Shown one piece after another: positions 1 to 9,989 of a DNA stretch of 64,000 bases. The stretch lies in assembly GCA_024975835.1 (NCBI GenBank), contig GCA_024975835.1_4840.1; one strand, 5' to 3'. Source of the DNA: a phage. Below the pieces are notes generated by a model. It made no database searches. It was given only the letters and a program-made list of their open reading frames with translations, and was not told the origin of the DNA. A program made the translations under genes and the position numbers. The number at the start of each line of letters is the position of its first letter. Positions within the stretch are counted from its first letter, which is position 1.

Positions 1-321
1 AGATTTACCGAGTTCGGTCAGGCGATAGAACGTCACCTCAGTGTTCGGCCAGTTCACGTAAGAACCGTCATGAACCATTGAGCCAGCTGGTTCGATCAAC
101 CCCTTGGCGAGCAGGGAAGCCCCAGTGCGGGGGTTGCCTTTGACGGAGGTGAAACCACCAGCGTTCGGGCATACCTGGAACGTCCAGACGGTGTTGCCCT
201 TGTCATTGGTCCAGGATTTGGGATGAAAGTACCATTCACCATAACGGTAATGACCTTTCTCAAAGTTCAACATTCCTAAAAGGACGCAGAGTTGATGTCC
301 TGTGATGCGCGGCTTTTTCAT
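1..321 (-). CDS. hypothetical protein, partial (3' end beyond window edge)
   Basis: Minus-strand ORF with ATG at 321..319 and no stop before position 1 ([18 protein letters not shown]...); start overlaps stop of upstream gene (ATGA). Confidence 0.45.
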   Translation of the reverse strand, partial: MKKPRITGHQLCVLLGMLNFEKGHYRYGEWYFHPKSWTNDKGNTVWTFQVCPNAGGFTSVKGNPRTGASLLAKGLIEPAGSMVHDGSYVNWPNTEVTFYRLTELGKS

Positions 322-635
322 GACAATACTCCTTTCAGAGCTAAAACGGAAAGCACACCAATAATCAACCATGTCGGGATAATTGGCTTGCAGTTCATGT
401 GGGTTTCTCCACCTTCGATGTTCGGGCTTCCTTGTATAAGAACGTGTTCACAGGAAGCTCTGAACGTCATTACACAGCCCATCAACACAATTGGCCTGAT
501 ATAATAACCCGTTTTAGTTTGCTTCACGATACATGGAGAGGAGAAGCGCAGATATGGATCCCCTTTCCGGTAGCCTGTGATTGTGACCTTCTGCACTTCA
601 GAAGGCACTTTTTGGCCAGGAAAATAAATTTTCAT
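318..635 (-). CDS. hypothetical protein
   Basis: 105-aa ORF; GGGGA ribosome-binding site upstream; 4-nt overlap with neighbouring genes in an operon-like array. Confidence 0.45.
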   Translation of the reverse strand: MKIYFPGQKVPSEVQKVTITGYRKGDPYLRFSSPCIVKQTKTGYYIRPIVLMGCVMTFRASCEHVLIQGSPNIEGGETHMNCKPIIPTWLIIGVLSVLALKGVLS

Positions 636-1192
636 ATTTCAATCCCCAGATTGGTGTATAACAACTCAGACAGGGTTACAGGACGCTTGAATTGTTCCCA
701 GCTGCAGTTCAGGTATTCGCGCTCTTCACGCATTTCACCGTGAAGATGGCCATGGATATTATACACCCAGCGGTCTAATTGATAAGGAACGTGAGTGGTC
801 AGCACACGACCAACCGGAGTATCACGCTCATACATCGCACCAAAGGAGCTAATCCATCCCTCTTGATACAGCTGCATCAACATCTTGAATTTGTCATGGT
901 TGCCTTGCGCCACCCTGATGATAAAGTTCGGTCGCCAGTCATCAGGGACGGGGCGGCGCTTGAACTCATCAATATTCCGCTTGGCACCCTCGCGCATCAG
1001 GCGAATGAACCCCTCAGCCCCGATGAAGCAGATGTCCCCAGCCAGTTCAAGGACGTCTCGGGACTTCAGCCCCTGAAAGATACTGTCGATAACTGCAGCA
1101 TCATGTGCCTCTTGGGTATCGAACCCACGGGGCTTGAAGATCTTCTTGTGTCCGAGGTGAGTGTCGCCCAGATACTTTACAATTCCTGCCAT
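632..1192 (-). CDS. calcineurin-like metallophosphoesterase
   Basis: Motifs GDTHLG, GNHD and HGHLHGE in the expected order; start moved to internal ATG (MAGIVKY) preceded by GAGGAG. Confidence 0.6.
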   Translation of the reverse strand: MAGIVKYLGDTHLGHKKIFKPRGFDTQEAHDAAVIDSIFQGLKSRDVLELAGDICFIGAEGFIRLMREGAKRNIDEFKRRPVPDDWRPNFIIRVAQGNHDKFKMLMQLYQEGWISSFGAMYERDTPVGRVLTTHVPYQLDRWVYNIHGHLHGEMREEREYLNCSWEQFKRPVTLSELLYTNLGIEI

Positions 1193-1620
1193 TATGGTCT
1201 CCTCAACCATTCTAAAATCGGTACGTTCACAAACCCTTTATGCCAGCGATGGGGTTTATGGCCTCTGTTGTGTTCGAGCAAACACGTATCCGGTGGGACA
1301 CTGAAGTGGATGCCTTCGATGTCGTAGTAATGCCCATCAATCAGAGTATACACATGACCTTCGGTCTGACTGTAATGGATCTCTGCTTGGGGATACACGT
1401 GCTTCAGAAGTAGAGCAACCTGGTAACACTTCCCGTTCTTCCCCACGTACTCGACATCCACCTGTTGTGGAAACACATCTTTGATAAGGTTTATCAATCT
1501 CGTGATGTCATTTACGACAACCGAACGTTTCATATCACCTCTCCCGAGGATTCGTTGGTGAACCAATGATACTCTATCCCGGATATAGAAAAGCCCCTCA
1601 CGGGGCTTGATCGTCTTCAT
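1192..1620 (-). CDS. hypothetical protein
   Basis: 142-aa ORF; stop overlaps start of downstream phosphoesterase (TAATG); alternative start at MKRSVVV with GGAGAGG site. Confidence 0.45.
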   Translation of the reverse strand: MKTIKPREGLFYIRDRVSLVHQRILGRGDMKRSVVVNDITRLINLIKDVFPQQVDVEYVGKNGKCYQVALLLKHVYPQAEIHYSQTEGHVYTLIDGHYYDIEGIHFSVPPDTCLLEHNRGHKPHRWHKGFVNVPILEWLRRP

Positions 1621-1900
1621 CAGGGAATATACGCCATCGACCTATTCCATACCACTCACCGATAGAGTTCCATGTCCTTTCCCCAGGCCAGCCACCGACC
1701 GAGTAGTAATGCGCCACCAGCCGCCAGTAAGGAAGAGAGGCCGTGTTCACGCCGCCGTCGGCCTTTAGGCAGGCCAAGTACCAATTCGTGAGACTGAACG
1801 CCTGAAATAACGGATGAAGGAACATGAAGTACAGGTAGCCCAATATGGCTGTGAATACCCCAGCTGTTACGATCACACCGATGACAGTGAATACAATCAT
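1598..1900 (-). CDS. small membrane protein
   Basis: 100-aa ORF with hydrophobic N-terminal segment; GGAGG upstream; ATGA overlap with upstream gene. Confidence 0.5.
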   Translation of the reverse strand: MIVFTVIGVIVTAGVFTAILGYLYFMFLHPLFQAFSLTNWYLACLKADGGVNTASLPYWRLVAHYYSVGGWPGERTWNSIGEWYGIGRWRIFPDEDDQAP

Positions 1901-2529
1901 CCCACAACCTCCAGACCCATCAGATCTTCCATGGTCTTCTGAATACGCAGCCAGTCAAGCGCAGCGTCATAACGAGGGTCATGATAGACCATACCTTCCA
2001 GTTCCCACGCCTTGATACCAGCATACCGATCCTGCTGTCCAACACCCTTCAGCCAACTCACGATGTCGAAGGTGTGGTGGTAGTCCCAAGGCTCGTTGGA
2101 GTCCTGCTTACATGTCACCTCAATGATGTGCTGAGCCTTGCGCAGATCAAACAGGTTGCGATCACACCAGTCGACCGAGCGCGGGTCTACCCCAAGACGA
2201 TGACAACCCTTGCGGATTTCATCGGCCAATTGGAAGATAGAGATGTCATCTTCCTTGGGGTACAGACTGACTGCGCGAGCCGCATCACACGGGTTACGTT
2301 TACCCGCCCCCAACCACCATTCTACCGTCCCAGCGTCCTTCACGCGACCAAGTTCGAGCTGCTCTTTGACATTCAGCTTAATGAACGTCGTGCGCTCCTC
2401 AACCAGCTGCTGAAGAGTATAACGCTTGGTCAAGTCAGCGATGGTATGTGCCCAAGACAGCATGACTGCATCATCCCAGCGCCCCAGGGTTTCGCTGTCG
2501 GCCACAGCCAAAAAATTTGATTTATACAT
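1897..2529 (-). CDS. DEDDh-type 3'-5' exonuclease (DexA/oligoribonuclease-like)
   Basis: N-terminal AVADSETLG (D-x-E exo motif I) and C-terminal YHDPRYD (H-x4-D) by eye. Confidence 0.5.
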   Translation of the reverse strand: MYKSNFLAVADSETLGRWDDAVMLSWAHTIADLTKRYTLQQLVEERTTFIKLNVKEQLELGRVKDAGTVEWWLGAGKRNPCDAARAVSLYPKEDDISIFQLADEIRKGCHRLGVDPRSVDWCDRNLFDLRKAQHIIEVTCKQDSNEPWDYHHTFDIVSWLKGVGQQDRYAGIKAWELEGMVYHDPRYDAALDWLRIQKTMEDLMGLEVVG

Positions 2530-2773
2530 GTTTATTCTCCCAACACTTTATTTTGGCTTTTACTGTATAATAATTTTCATCAATGAACTTTTTGTTGACG
2601 CGCTTAATTTCTATCTCTGGGCAAAGTAACCCTATAGTTTCCCTCAAAATCTGGCTCACCCTGGCCTGTGAAATACAATAAATTTCTGATACTTCTTTCG
2701 AACTAGTTCCAGACATGACAAGTTTTAGAATATTGACCTTTTTATAAAATTCTTGATCAAACGCACATATCAT
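2522..2773 (-). CDS. small helix-turn-helix protein
   Basis: 83-aa ORF with HTH-like segment SEIYCISQARVSQILRE; strong GAGGAGGGG site inside the end of the upstream gene; AT-rich by eye. Confidence 0.5.
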   Translation of the reverse strand: MICAFDQEFYKKVNILKLVMSGTSSKEVSEIYCISQARVSQILRETIGLLCPEIEIKRVNKKFIDENYYTVKAKIKCWENKHV

Positions 2774-2776
2774 TAT

Positions 2777-3376
2777 TCACCCCTCCTCGTCGATGATTTC
2801 TTGCTCATCTTCGACAATCATGATACCTTCTGCGTCCAGATGAGAAAGTTCCATCAGATCATTATCGAATCCGTCTCCTTCCCTGATATAGAAGACTGGG
2901 ACGACACGACGGCGGGTCTCTTCATACACGCTTTCAGAGATTCGATTGATATGGCGTACTACACTGTAGAGGTTCAGGCCACCAATACCACAGCCGATAG
3001 CAGGCAGGCCGACATAGACAGTTTCGTCTTTAGTTGCTTCCACAATTTCATGCACCTGCTCAAACAGGGTCTGAACAGAACTGATGACAGACGGCATGCG
3101 AGCGTTCGGGCCTGGATAAAACTGAGTGTAGAGGTTCGCGCCCCAAACGCCCTTGCTGTGGTCAAATGCATAGGACATACCACCCAGGCGTTGCTCTGGA
3201 CCACGAGGGTCGTTCGCATCGACTTCGCGCAGCGCTGGGAAGTTGTTGCCGATGTGCAGGGCAATACCCGCGCCCATGGTAGACCAACAGTTGGCACCGT
3301 GGGCAAAGATGTCGATCAGATTGAAGCTACAGGCGGCTTTCAGTAAATCGCCGCCATTGATTACATAGGTTGTCAT
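2777..3376 (-). CDS. macro-domain protein (ADP-ribose binding/processing)
   Basis: GGDLLKAA...IDIFAHGANCWSTMGAGIALHI and VGLPAIGCGIGG resemble macro-domain glycine-rich ADP-ribose binding loops; acidic C-terminus; start moved to ATG at 3376 (GGAGACAG site, ATGA overlap). Confidence 0.55.
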   Translation of the reverse strand: MTTYVINGGDLLKAACSFNLIDIFAHGANCWSTMGAGIALHIGNNFPALREVDANDPRGPEQRLGGMSYAFDHSKGVWGANLYTQFYPGPNARMPSVISSVQTLFEQVHEIVEATKDETVYVGLPAIGCGIGGLNLYSVVRHINRISESVYEETRRRVVPVFYIREGDGFDNDLMELSHLDAEGIMIVEDEQEIIDEEG

Positions 3377-3615
3377 GCGTACTGTCTCCATTCAATAATG
3401 CTGTTGTCAACACATGACACCTGGATGATGCCTGTGCGGTGGTGATAATCAGTCATCTGCATGATAAAGTTGTTCCCATTGCGGATAATGGTGTTGACAA
3501 CGATACCCTTGGCAGCAAGGCGTATTACAATGGCAGTGCAAAGACGGTCCATGTAACCGGACACAGAACCTGGTTCGAAGCATCGCTCGAACAGGTTTTC
3601 AAATTCTGGGCTCAT
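3373..3615 (-). CDS. hypothetical protein
   Basis: 80-aa ORF whose stop overlaps the macro-domain gene start. Confidence 0.4.
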   Translation of the reverse strand: MSPEFENLFERCFEPGSVSGYMDRLCTAIVIRLAAKGIVVNTIIRNGNNFIMQMTDYHHRTGIIQVSCVDNSIIEWRQYA

Positions 3616-3665
3616 TTGATGTTACCAAACAAGAGGTCGAGGCGGTAATAATACCGCCTTTTTCT

Positions 3666-4076
3666 TCAATAGAGGTCTTCGGAAAAGAGTTCGCGGAAAG
3701 GGGTTGTCTTCAGGCGCACCTGATTGATCTGTCCAGCTTCACGGGCTACGATGCACGCCTCTTCACGAGTGAGGAAGTTGCCCTGGTTGTCGATGAATCC
3801 CTGTTCGCGGGTATGGGTGGATTTAATGACGCCTGCTTCTTTCAGGATCTTGAGCTGGCTGTTCATGAATCGGCTGTGGTGACGGTCGGCAACGACGATC
3901 ACGTCACCATATTTGTTGGCGGCAGCGACCACACGGCGCTCCCAGGCACCTTCGGCAGGAAGTTCACGAGTGTACAATGGAATCATCGTATCGCCGATGT
4001 CATCCCCTTTCACCTGTGAGAACAACTTGCCTTCAGTGCCCGTTGGGAGTTCACGAAAATATCCCAGTAATTTCAT
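3666..4076 (-). CDS. hypothetical protein
   Basis: 136-aa ORF with protein-like composition. Confidence 0.45.
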   Translation of the reverse strand: MKLLGYFRELPTGTEGKLFSQVKGDDIGDTMIPLYTRELPAEGAWERRVVAAANKYGDVIVVADRHHSRFMNSQLKILKEAGVIKSTHTREQGFIDNQGNFLTREEACIVAREAGQINQVRLKTTPFRELFSEDLY

Positions 4077-4135
4077 AATCTATTCAATCCAAATTTCAGG
4101 TTCATGGATGTCGACCATACCCACTGTCTGGTTCT

Positions 4136-4357
4136 TCAGATCGTGGAAACAGTCGCCGAGGAATTGTATTTGCCGTCGGTCAGGAACAGATGGCAACGTG
4201 ATGCTGGATCAGATGCATTCACCAGCAGGCTCGGTGTGAACGTAGGCTCAATAACATTGTTGTTCCACGACCACATCGGACCTTGGGTTTCGCCCTTAAT
4301 GTGATATAGATGAAGCATATCACACCTAGGACAATGAAAATACAAGGAATCATCCAT
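4136..4357 (-). CDS. hypothetical small Cys-containing protein
   Basis: 73-aa ORF with CPRC motif; weak support. Confidence 0.3.
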   Translation of the reverse strand: MDDSLYFHCPRCDMLHLYHIKGETQGPMWSWNNNVIEPTFTPSLLVNASDPASRCHLFLTDGKYNSSATVSTI

Positions 4358-4392
4358 AGACAGAAGTTTAGGGCTCAGAAGCTATGTTATGA

Positions 4393-4680
4393 TCAACCAT
4401 CTACAGTGGCTTCAGGATCGTAGGGGCGCAGTTCACCAACCAGTTTCGGAAAGAGTGCAAGCCCGAACAGGTTGAAAGAACGCATAGTGCCGACCATTGC
4501 AACATCTTCCCCTTCCTCGATATCTTTCATGGCGCACATTGGGTAATATTCATCGACCTCTGGGTCTTCCGTCTCACCATAGAGACCAAACGCTACCTCT
4601 TCTTTGATAAAGCGAGGAACCAAGAAATCAAATAGGATAATGATGAATACCACAGGTGCTGCAGAACGGAGATAGAACAT
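4393..4680 (-). CDS. small membrane protein
   Basis: 95-aa ORF with hydrophobic N-terminal segment. Confidence 0.4.
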   Translation of the reverse strand: MFYLRSAAPVVFIIILFDFLVPRFIKEEVAFGLYGETEDPEVDEYYPMCAMKDIEEGEDVAMVGTMRSFNLFGLALFPKLVGELRPYDPEATVDG

Positions 4681-4721
4681 AGCACAACCCTCCAGGTGAG
4701 GAGGGGCGAACCCCTCCGATG

Positions 4722-6062
4722 TTATAGGCCAAGAGCCTTTTCAAGGTCATCAAGGTCTTCAGTGTAAAGATCGATGTCCTCTTTCTTACTTAATTCCTTG
4801 TGCTGTGCTTCAAGGTTCTCAATCTGCTTGAGTAGGCGCTCACGGGCATCCAGAGTAATAGACGACAGAGGCATCTTGAACAACTCGTCAAGATCACCAC
4901 CAAAGTCCGGGTAGTCCTGCATGAACAGAGACTTCAGCACGTCAATCTTTTGGCGGAGATCAACACGCGTCGCCCATTCAATGAACACCGCCCGGTCACC
5001 CAGCTTGCGGATCCTGTCTGCCATGTCCTTCAACAGATACTGGCGACGGTCTTCATACCGTGACAGGCGATAATTGAAGAACGGCAGCAGCATATCCCGC
5101 CAACCAGAATAACGATGAATGACACCGTCTTCATCCCATGCCGTCCAAACAGGCTTGTTGGCTGAATACAACTTGAACATCTGCTCAACCTGCTCGTCAC
5201 TTAGCTTAGAGAGTTCGCCGCGCTTAAACACAACCGTGATATCCCAGCCGTCTTCGGTCGTGTCGTTGGCGTACTCGGTGAGGATACCAGCCTTGTACAG
5301 AGGCAGCAACACCTTGGTCTCATAGGTTTTGGCAAACCAACCCACTGGGACTTCGGTGATATGCAGGGTGGTGGCATTGACGCGACGGAAGATACCGCGA
5401 CTGTATGCTCTTCCTTCCTCAGTATAGCCTGTCTCTCCTTTGAAGCCGTTCCAGTACGGTTTTAAGTCTTTCGGGTCTTCGCCACGGAGAAGCGCTCTCA
5501 GGGCATTCAGCACGGACTTAACGCAATGACACGGGGTGTCGGTGGAATATCCGGTGCCGATACCATTGATCCCATTCACCAGGAACATGGGCAGGATGGG
5601 CAGAAAGAACTTCGGCTCTAGCCTTTCTTCACCAAGGTAGTTGTATTCCAAGATACCCTCATCCTCCTTGCGGAAGATCTTGCGGATAACATCAGACACA
5701 GCCACCGAAATGTAACGTGCTGACGACGCGTCGCGCCCCATGATAGAACCAAACTGGCCATCGCGGTCAAAGTACGGGATGTTGTTCGTGCCTGGGAACC
5801 CCTGAGCCATGTTCACGATAGTGCCGCTCATGTTCTCACCACCAGACTTGTAGTTGGTGCGAGCGGCGGCGAACATACCAAGGCGGTCAACAATCTCCTC
5901 CTTGTTGTACTCAAGAGCAGCGAAAAGGATCTTGCGCTGGCTTGGCTTGAGGCTGTCAATCAGCTGAGGGATTTGACGGATGCTGTTGACCACAGAAAAC
6001 TGCTTATGGTCAGTGTTGACAAAGTCCGTTACAGTAATGCTCTTAGCAACCATCTTATTCAT
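4722..6062 (-). CDS. 52: DNA topoisomerase II medium subunit (T4 gp52-like)
   Basis: Type II topoisomerase A-subunit-like sequence directly downstream of the ATPase subunit; start moved to internal ATG near the upstream stop. Confidence 0.8.
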   Translation of the reverse strand: MNKMVAKSITVTDFVNTDHKQFSVVNSIRQIPQLIDSLKPSQRKILFAALEYNKEEIVDRLGMFAAARTNYKSGGENMSGTIVNMAQGFPGTNNIPYFDRDGQFGSIMGRDASSARYISVAVSDVIRKIFRKEDEGILEYNYLGEERLEPKFFLPILPMFLVNGINGIGTGYSTDTPCHCVKSVLNALRALLRGEDPKDLKPYWNGFKGETGYTEEGRAYSRGIFRRVNATTLHITEVPVGWFAKTYETKVLLPLYKAGILTEYANDTTEDGWDITVVFKRGELSKLSDEQVEQMFKLYSANKPVWTAWDEDGVIHRYSGWRDMLLPFFNYRLSRYEDRRQYLLKDMADRIRKLGDRAVFIEWATRVDLRQKIDVLKSLFMQDYPDFGGDLDELFKMPLSSITLDARERLLKQIENLEAQHKELSKKEDIDLYTEDLDDLEKALGL

Positions 6063-7965
6063 CCTCAGTTTCAAACAGGCAAACATCGCTAAACCAGGTT
6101 TTACGGTAATCGGCAGCCTCATCACCGAAGCCATTCTTCAGTGACTGTTGGTAGCCATCGTCCAGCGTGACCGTCGTAGTATACGCATCTAGGTTGTTTA
6201 GAATACGTTTGAAGTCTTCAGTGCTGTTACCACCAAGACCTTTCAGATATTTCTTCTTCGTGATCTTCTTGGCATCAGGCGTCTTCAGGAACTCCTCATA
6301 CTCGGCGTTGTTCATGAACTCATGCATCACCTTACCACACCACACACGCATGTAAGGGGTGCGCAGGAGCTTCAGCCTGCCCTGACGGACATACTCCGGC
6401 CAGTAGGTGCAATACAGGGTGATCAACAACCCACGGATGTGGATGCCGTCATCGTCCGCATCGGTAGCCACAACAGTCTGTGGGTAACGGGTGATATCAA
6501 GGGGCTGGCCTGGCACTGCGCCGCCATGGATCGTACACAGGTTCTTGAACTCTTCATTGTTCATCACCTTTGAGCGCGGGGCGTTCAGGCAGTTGATGAA
6601 CTTACCACGAAGCGGGAACAACCCGATCTTCTTGGTGTCGCGGGCGTTCAGGATAGGATTGGAGGCACTATCACCCTCTGTCAGCAACAGGGAGCATCCG
6701 CTGCGGTCACCACGGGCGGTCGCCGGGTAATACTTCTCAATCTCACGATAATCCCGCTTGCTGATGTCCTTCTTGGCCTTTTCAAACTCAGCATCATCCT
6801 GCTCATTGCGCAGGGAAGCCAGTTCTTTGCTCAGACCAGCCGTAACGAACTCAAGCGCCTTGCGGATCAGTTTATCACTGGGCTTGTACGACGTACCGAA
6901 CTGGCTGACAGGAGTGGTCATGCGCTCCTTGGTCTGGCTGTCAAAGCGCGGGTTGTTGATGTCGGCAGCGATGAACAAGGACATGTGGTTCTTGATCATT
7001 GCTGGCTTCAGTTCGGTCTTGAACTTCTTCACCAGCTGGGGACGAATCGCTGCCACGATCTGGTCAGCAACATAATCAACGTGAGGACCACCGATGTGGG
7101 TGGCAATAGAGTTCACGTATGATGCGTGCATGAACGTACCGGATGAAGGGGCTACAGCAACAGACCAATCCCCGGTTTCGTCAACAGCCGAACCAGCATG
7201 GAAGTAATCAACGAAGTGGCCAAAGCGGTCAATCCGGATTTGCTTCCCGTTGAGAACAATCTTCAGGCGCGGGTTACACGCAGCCACTTCAAACGCGCGG
7301 CGATAGATCATCAGCAGGTTGTTCTGGTCAAGTCCTTTGACGCCCAGACGAGCATAGTCAGGGATCCAGGCGATGGATGTGCCAGGACTGTTCACGTTGC
7401 TGATGACTGGGTTAGATTTCTTGCTCATGTTGTCTTCAAACGTCTGAGTATAAGACTTCTTGCCGTCATTAGTCGTGACGCGGAACCATTTGGAGAACAC
7501 GTTGACGAGGGACGCCCCTTCGCCATTCTGACCACCGGACTTCTGGTTGTTGTACTCTTCGTCTTCGTCGTTGAAGTTCGATCCCGCATATAGAGAGCCG
7601 AACAACATTTCAGGAAGCCACTCGTTGGTGACGCCATGCTTGACCACAGGGATACCCCCGTTGTCAGCAACGATGATTTGACCGTTCATCGGGGAAACTG
7701 TGACGGTGATTTCCGTCAGGGATTTGCCCTCAGGGGTCTTGCTGTGGTCAACACAGTTGGTGATGATTTCATCAAACTGTTTGATCAGTGCGGGGGAGTA
7801 CTCAAAGTTGTCACGGAAGATGACTTTATCCTTAGTTGGGTCATACACCCACACCGTCCCCACAGACGAACGAATACTACCCAGATGACGCTCTGGGCGG
7901 AGTAGGATATGCTCAACGTGAGTGAGCTTCTTGTACTTGCGTTCAATATCAATTTTGTTGGACAT
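6055..7965 (-). CDS. 39: DNA topoisomerase II large subunit (ATPase; T4 gp39 and gp60 equivalents fused)
   Basis: 636-aa GyrB/ParE-like ORF with GHKL ATPase and TOPRIM-like regions; single ORF about the combined length of T4 gp39 plus gp60. Confidence 0.85.
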   Translation of the reverse strand: MSNKIDIERKYKKLTHVEHILLRPERHLGSIRSSVGTVWVYDPTKDKVIFRDNFEYSPALIKQFDEIITNCVDHSKTPEGKSLTEITVTVSPMNGQIIVADNGGIPVVKHGVTNEWLPEMLFGSLYAGSNFNDEDEEYNNQKSGGQNGEGASLVNVFSKWFRVTTNDGKKSYTQTFEDNMSKKSNPVISNVNSPGTSIAWIPDYARLGVKGLDQNNLLMIYRRAFEVAACNPRLKIVLNGKQIRIDRFGHFVDYFHAGSAVDETGDWSVAVAPSSGTFMHASYVNSIATHIGGPHVDYVADQIVAAIRPQLVKKFKTELKPAMIKNHMSLFIAADINNPRFDSQTKERMTTPVSQFGTSYKPSDKLIRKALEFVTAGLSKELASLRNEQDDAEFEKAKKDISKRDYREIEKYYPATARGDRSGCSLLLTEGDSASNPILNARDTKKIGLFPLRGKFINCLNAPRSKVMNNEEFKNLCTIHGGAVPGQPLDITRYPQTVVATDADDDGIHIRGLLITLYCTYWPEYVRQGRLKLLRTPYMRVWCGKVMHEFMNNAEYEEFLKTPDAKKITKKKYLKGLGGNSTEDFKRILNNLDAYTTTVTLDDGYQQSLKNGFGDEAADYRKTWFSDVCLFETEDE

Positions 7966-8014
7966 CGGCCTATCCCGTCAATGGTAAACACACAAGATTA
8001 TGTATGGGGTCGGC

Positions 8015-8596
8015 TTATAGACCAAATTTGCTACGCCACTTTTCAACCTTGTGTTCAATAGCGTGCTCCACTTTAATGCGAGTGGCCATCAAAGAGGATC
8101 CATGGATCGCCCCTTCCCCACACCCCATGCGCGCAACATGCTTGATTAGGTCATTGACGAGTTGATCCAATCTGTCTTGACTGCGATAAGGCTGGTTGCA
8201 CAACCGGATAATCCGGCCATGATAATGATGGATAAGATTCAGATGCTTTTGAGGATCACGATCAATCAGACGGAACCAGTCTTCTTCCAACAGATTAGAA
8301 GAAATATCGTTCACTGTCGCCATGTGGTTGATGACAGAGTCGATCATTTCGGCCTTGTTCATAGAGCCGCGCATTTGGACGTCGTCATAATCCATGACGT
8401 ACAGAAGGTCAATAGCAGAGATAATGACATCAGCAACTTCGCCATTCAACGGCTCAGAAGATACTATGCCATGAAACACATCAGACAGTTCACAGATCTC
8501 TTCACCTAGTTTGTTCAGAACAAACACAGGCGAGCGGTCTGGGGTATGAGCAGTGCAGTCATAAGAAGCGTCGACGATAGTGTGTAGAAATTTCAT
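8015..8596 (-). CDS. MazG-like nucleoside triphosphate pyrophosphohydrolase (putative)
   Basis: LGEEICEL...EVADVI acidic helical motif pair typical of MazG/HisE all-alpha NTP-PPases. Confidence 0.45.
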   Translation of the reverse strand: MKFLHTIVDASYDCTAHTPDRSPVFVLNKLGEEICELSDVFHGIVSSEPLNGEVADVIISAIDLLYVMDYDDVQMRGSMNKAEMIDSVINHMATVNDISSNLLEEDWFRLIDRDPQKHLNLIHHYHGRIIRLCNQPYRSQDRLDQLVNDLIKHVARMGCGEGAIHGSSLMATRIKVEHAIEHKVEKWRSKFGL

Positions 8597-9096
8597 TTCA
8601 AAGTTCCTTGTATGCGGAGACGATTAATGTGGGCAATGATATAGTCCATAGAGTTTTGAAAACTGTATTTCCCGTTCTGAACGTATGCATGGATCAGGGG
8701 TAGGCGACTGTACGCCAATCTGATCTTCAGACGTTCAGGCATTGTCTGGAGTTTCATACTAGTTGCAAATAGGATATCGCGCTTGAATTCTTCGGTAGAC
8801 GGGTCCAGGACAATGACGCGGGAAGCCGCCAATCCCTGTCCATATTGCTTGGCCTCATAACCGTCGAGCAGGCGCAGGTTGTCATCCCTATACTTCAGCC
8901 AATACCAGTACCCCTCCATGGAGTTAAACACACCATGTTCATGGGTAGTCATTGGATGATGGGTAAAATGCGAGAGGAAGCGCCCGAGTTCCGTCTGGCT
9001 CCGGCTGTAGATGTTGAAGTGATTCTTACCCTCTGTTGCAGGGGTCATCTTGTTCTGTGGAACGCTCATTAACATCATCATGATGTAGTTTCTCAA
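8593..9096 (-). CDS. hypothetical protein
   Basis: 167-aa ORF; Trp/Tyr/His-rich; no family recognised. Confidence 0.45.
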   Translation of the reverse strand: MRNYIMMMLMSVPQNKMTPATEGKNHFNIYSRSQTELGRFLSHFTHHPMTTHEHGVFNSMEGYWYWLKYRDDNLRLLDGYEAKQYGQGLAASRVIVLDPSTEEFKRDILFATSMKLQTMPERLKIRLAYSRLPLIHAYVQNGKYSFQNSMDYIIAHINRLRIQGTLK

Positions 9097-9123
9097 ATCA
9101 AAGTATTGCTGTGTGTAGCCAGT

Positions 9124-9321
9124 TTATTTCTTCACACACCCCAAATAGGAGCAGAGTAAACCGACAACAGAAAATATAATGGCAAGAAGGTAACGAGTCA
9201 CCTGCATTTGTGGTGTTGTAAGCAGGCCGATAACGCTTTCGAGCGCCAGGAACAAACACACCCCAGCGATTACACCGAATTTGAACGAATTACGTTCTCT
9301 GTTAATTCTGAACTTGTACAT
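9124..9321 (-). CDS. small membrane protein
   Basis: 65-aa ORF with two hydrophobic helices. Confidence 0.4.
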   Translation of the reverse strand: MYKFRINRERNSFKFGVIAGVCLFLALESVIGLLTTPQMQVTRYLLAIIFSVVGLLCSYLGCVKK

Positions 9322-9370
9322 TGCGCACCTCCTGTTAGGGAAATAGGGGAGTTTCCTCCCCTGTAACTAT

Positions 9371-9871
9371 CTAGCCCAGAAACACTACTAAAGTCAAATT
9401 AGTGAGGGCGCTGCGGCCTTCCCGCAGCATTTCATGCGCAGATGCAAGGCGCTTGGGGTCATGCAACGTATCAGAGAACACGATGATGTTTGCTTTATCG
9501 ATGCCCGTGCCCATGTAATGGGAGATGGTTGTCGTGTGCTGTTTCTTGTCTACATCGGGCAATGATACATCCGCGCCTGCTCGGGAGCGGAAGAAAGAAT
9601 CGCGTTCACTAACGCTATGGAAGACACCCATGATGTTGAGGTTGTTCTCTGTCTGGAAATCATAGGACAGAATCTTCTTCAGCGCGGCGGTGTGCCCAGT
9701 CTGGCGCAGCATGCGATAGTACAGTATGTTTCCAGGACAGGTGGGGTCCGTCACACCTCCCCTCGATTGGCGATCTTTCTGGATTTCATACGCATCCAGG
9801 ATAAGTTGTTGGACCATTTCAATATGGGCAGTCAGGGAGATTTCGACTTTACGTTTGACCATGGATTTCAT
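9371..9871 (-). CDS. hypothetical protein
   Basis: 166-aa ORF. Confidence 0.45.
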   Translation of the reverse strand: MKSMVKRKVEISLTAHIEMVQQLILDAYEIQKDRQSRGGVTDPTCPGNILYYRMLRQTGHTAALKKILSYDFQTENNLNIMGVFHSVSERDSFFRSRAGADVSLPDVDKKQHTTTISHYMGTGIDKANIIVFSDTLHDPKRLASAHEMLREGRSALTNLTLVVFLG

Positions 9872-9941
9872 TTGGTGTATCCTCAGTTAGGTTCCGCTCA
9901 TGGGGAACGGGTCCATTATACACCAAATGCTGGAAATGAAA

Positions 9942-9957
9942 AAGAGGCCGGAGCCTC
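9942..9957. terminator. stem-loop terminator (AGAGGCCGGAGCCTCT) with T-tracts on both sides
   Basis: Perfect hairpin followed by TTTTGTT on plus and TTTTTCATTT on minus; same stem core recurs at 12050. Confidence 0.5.
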
Positions 9958-9989
9958 TTTTGTTAACCCATGATCATCGCGTTCATGGC

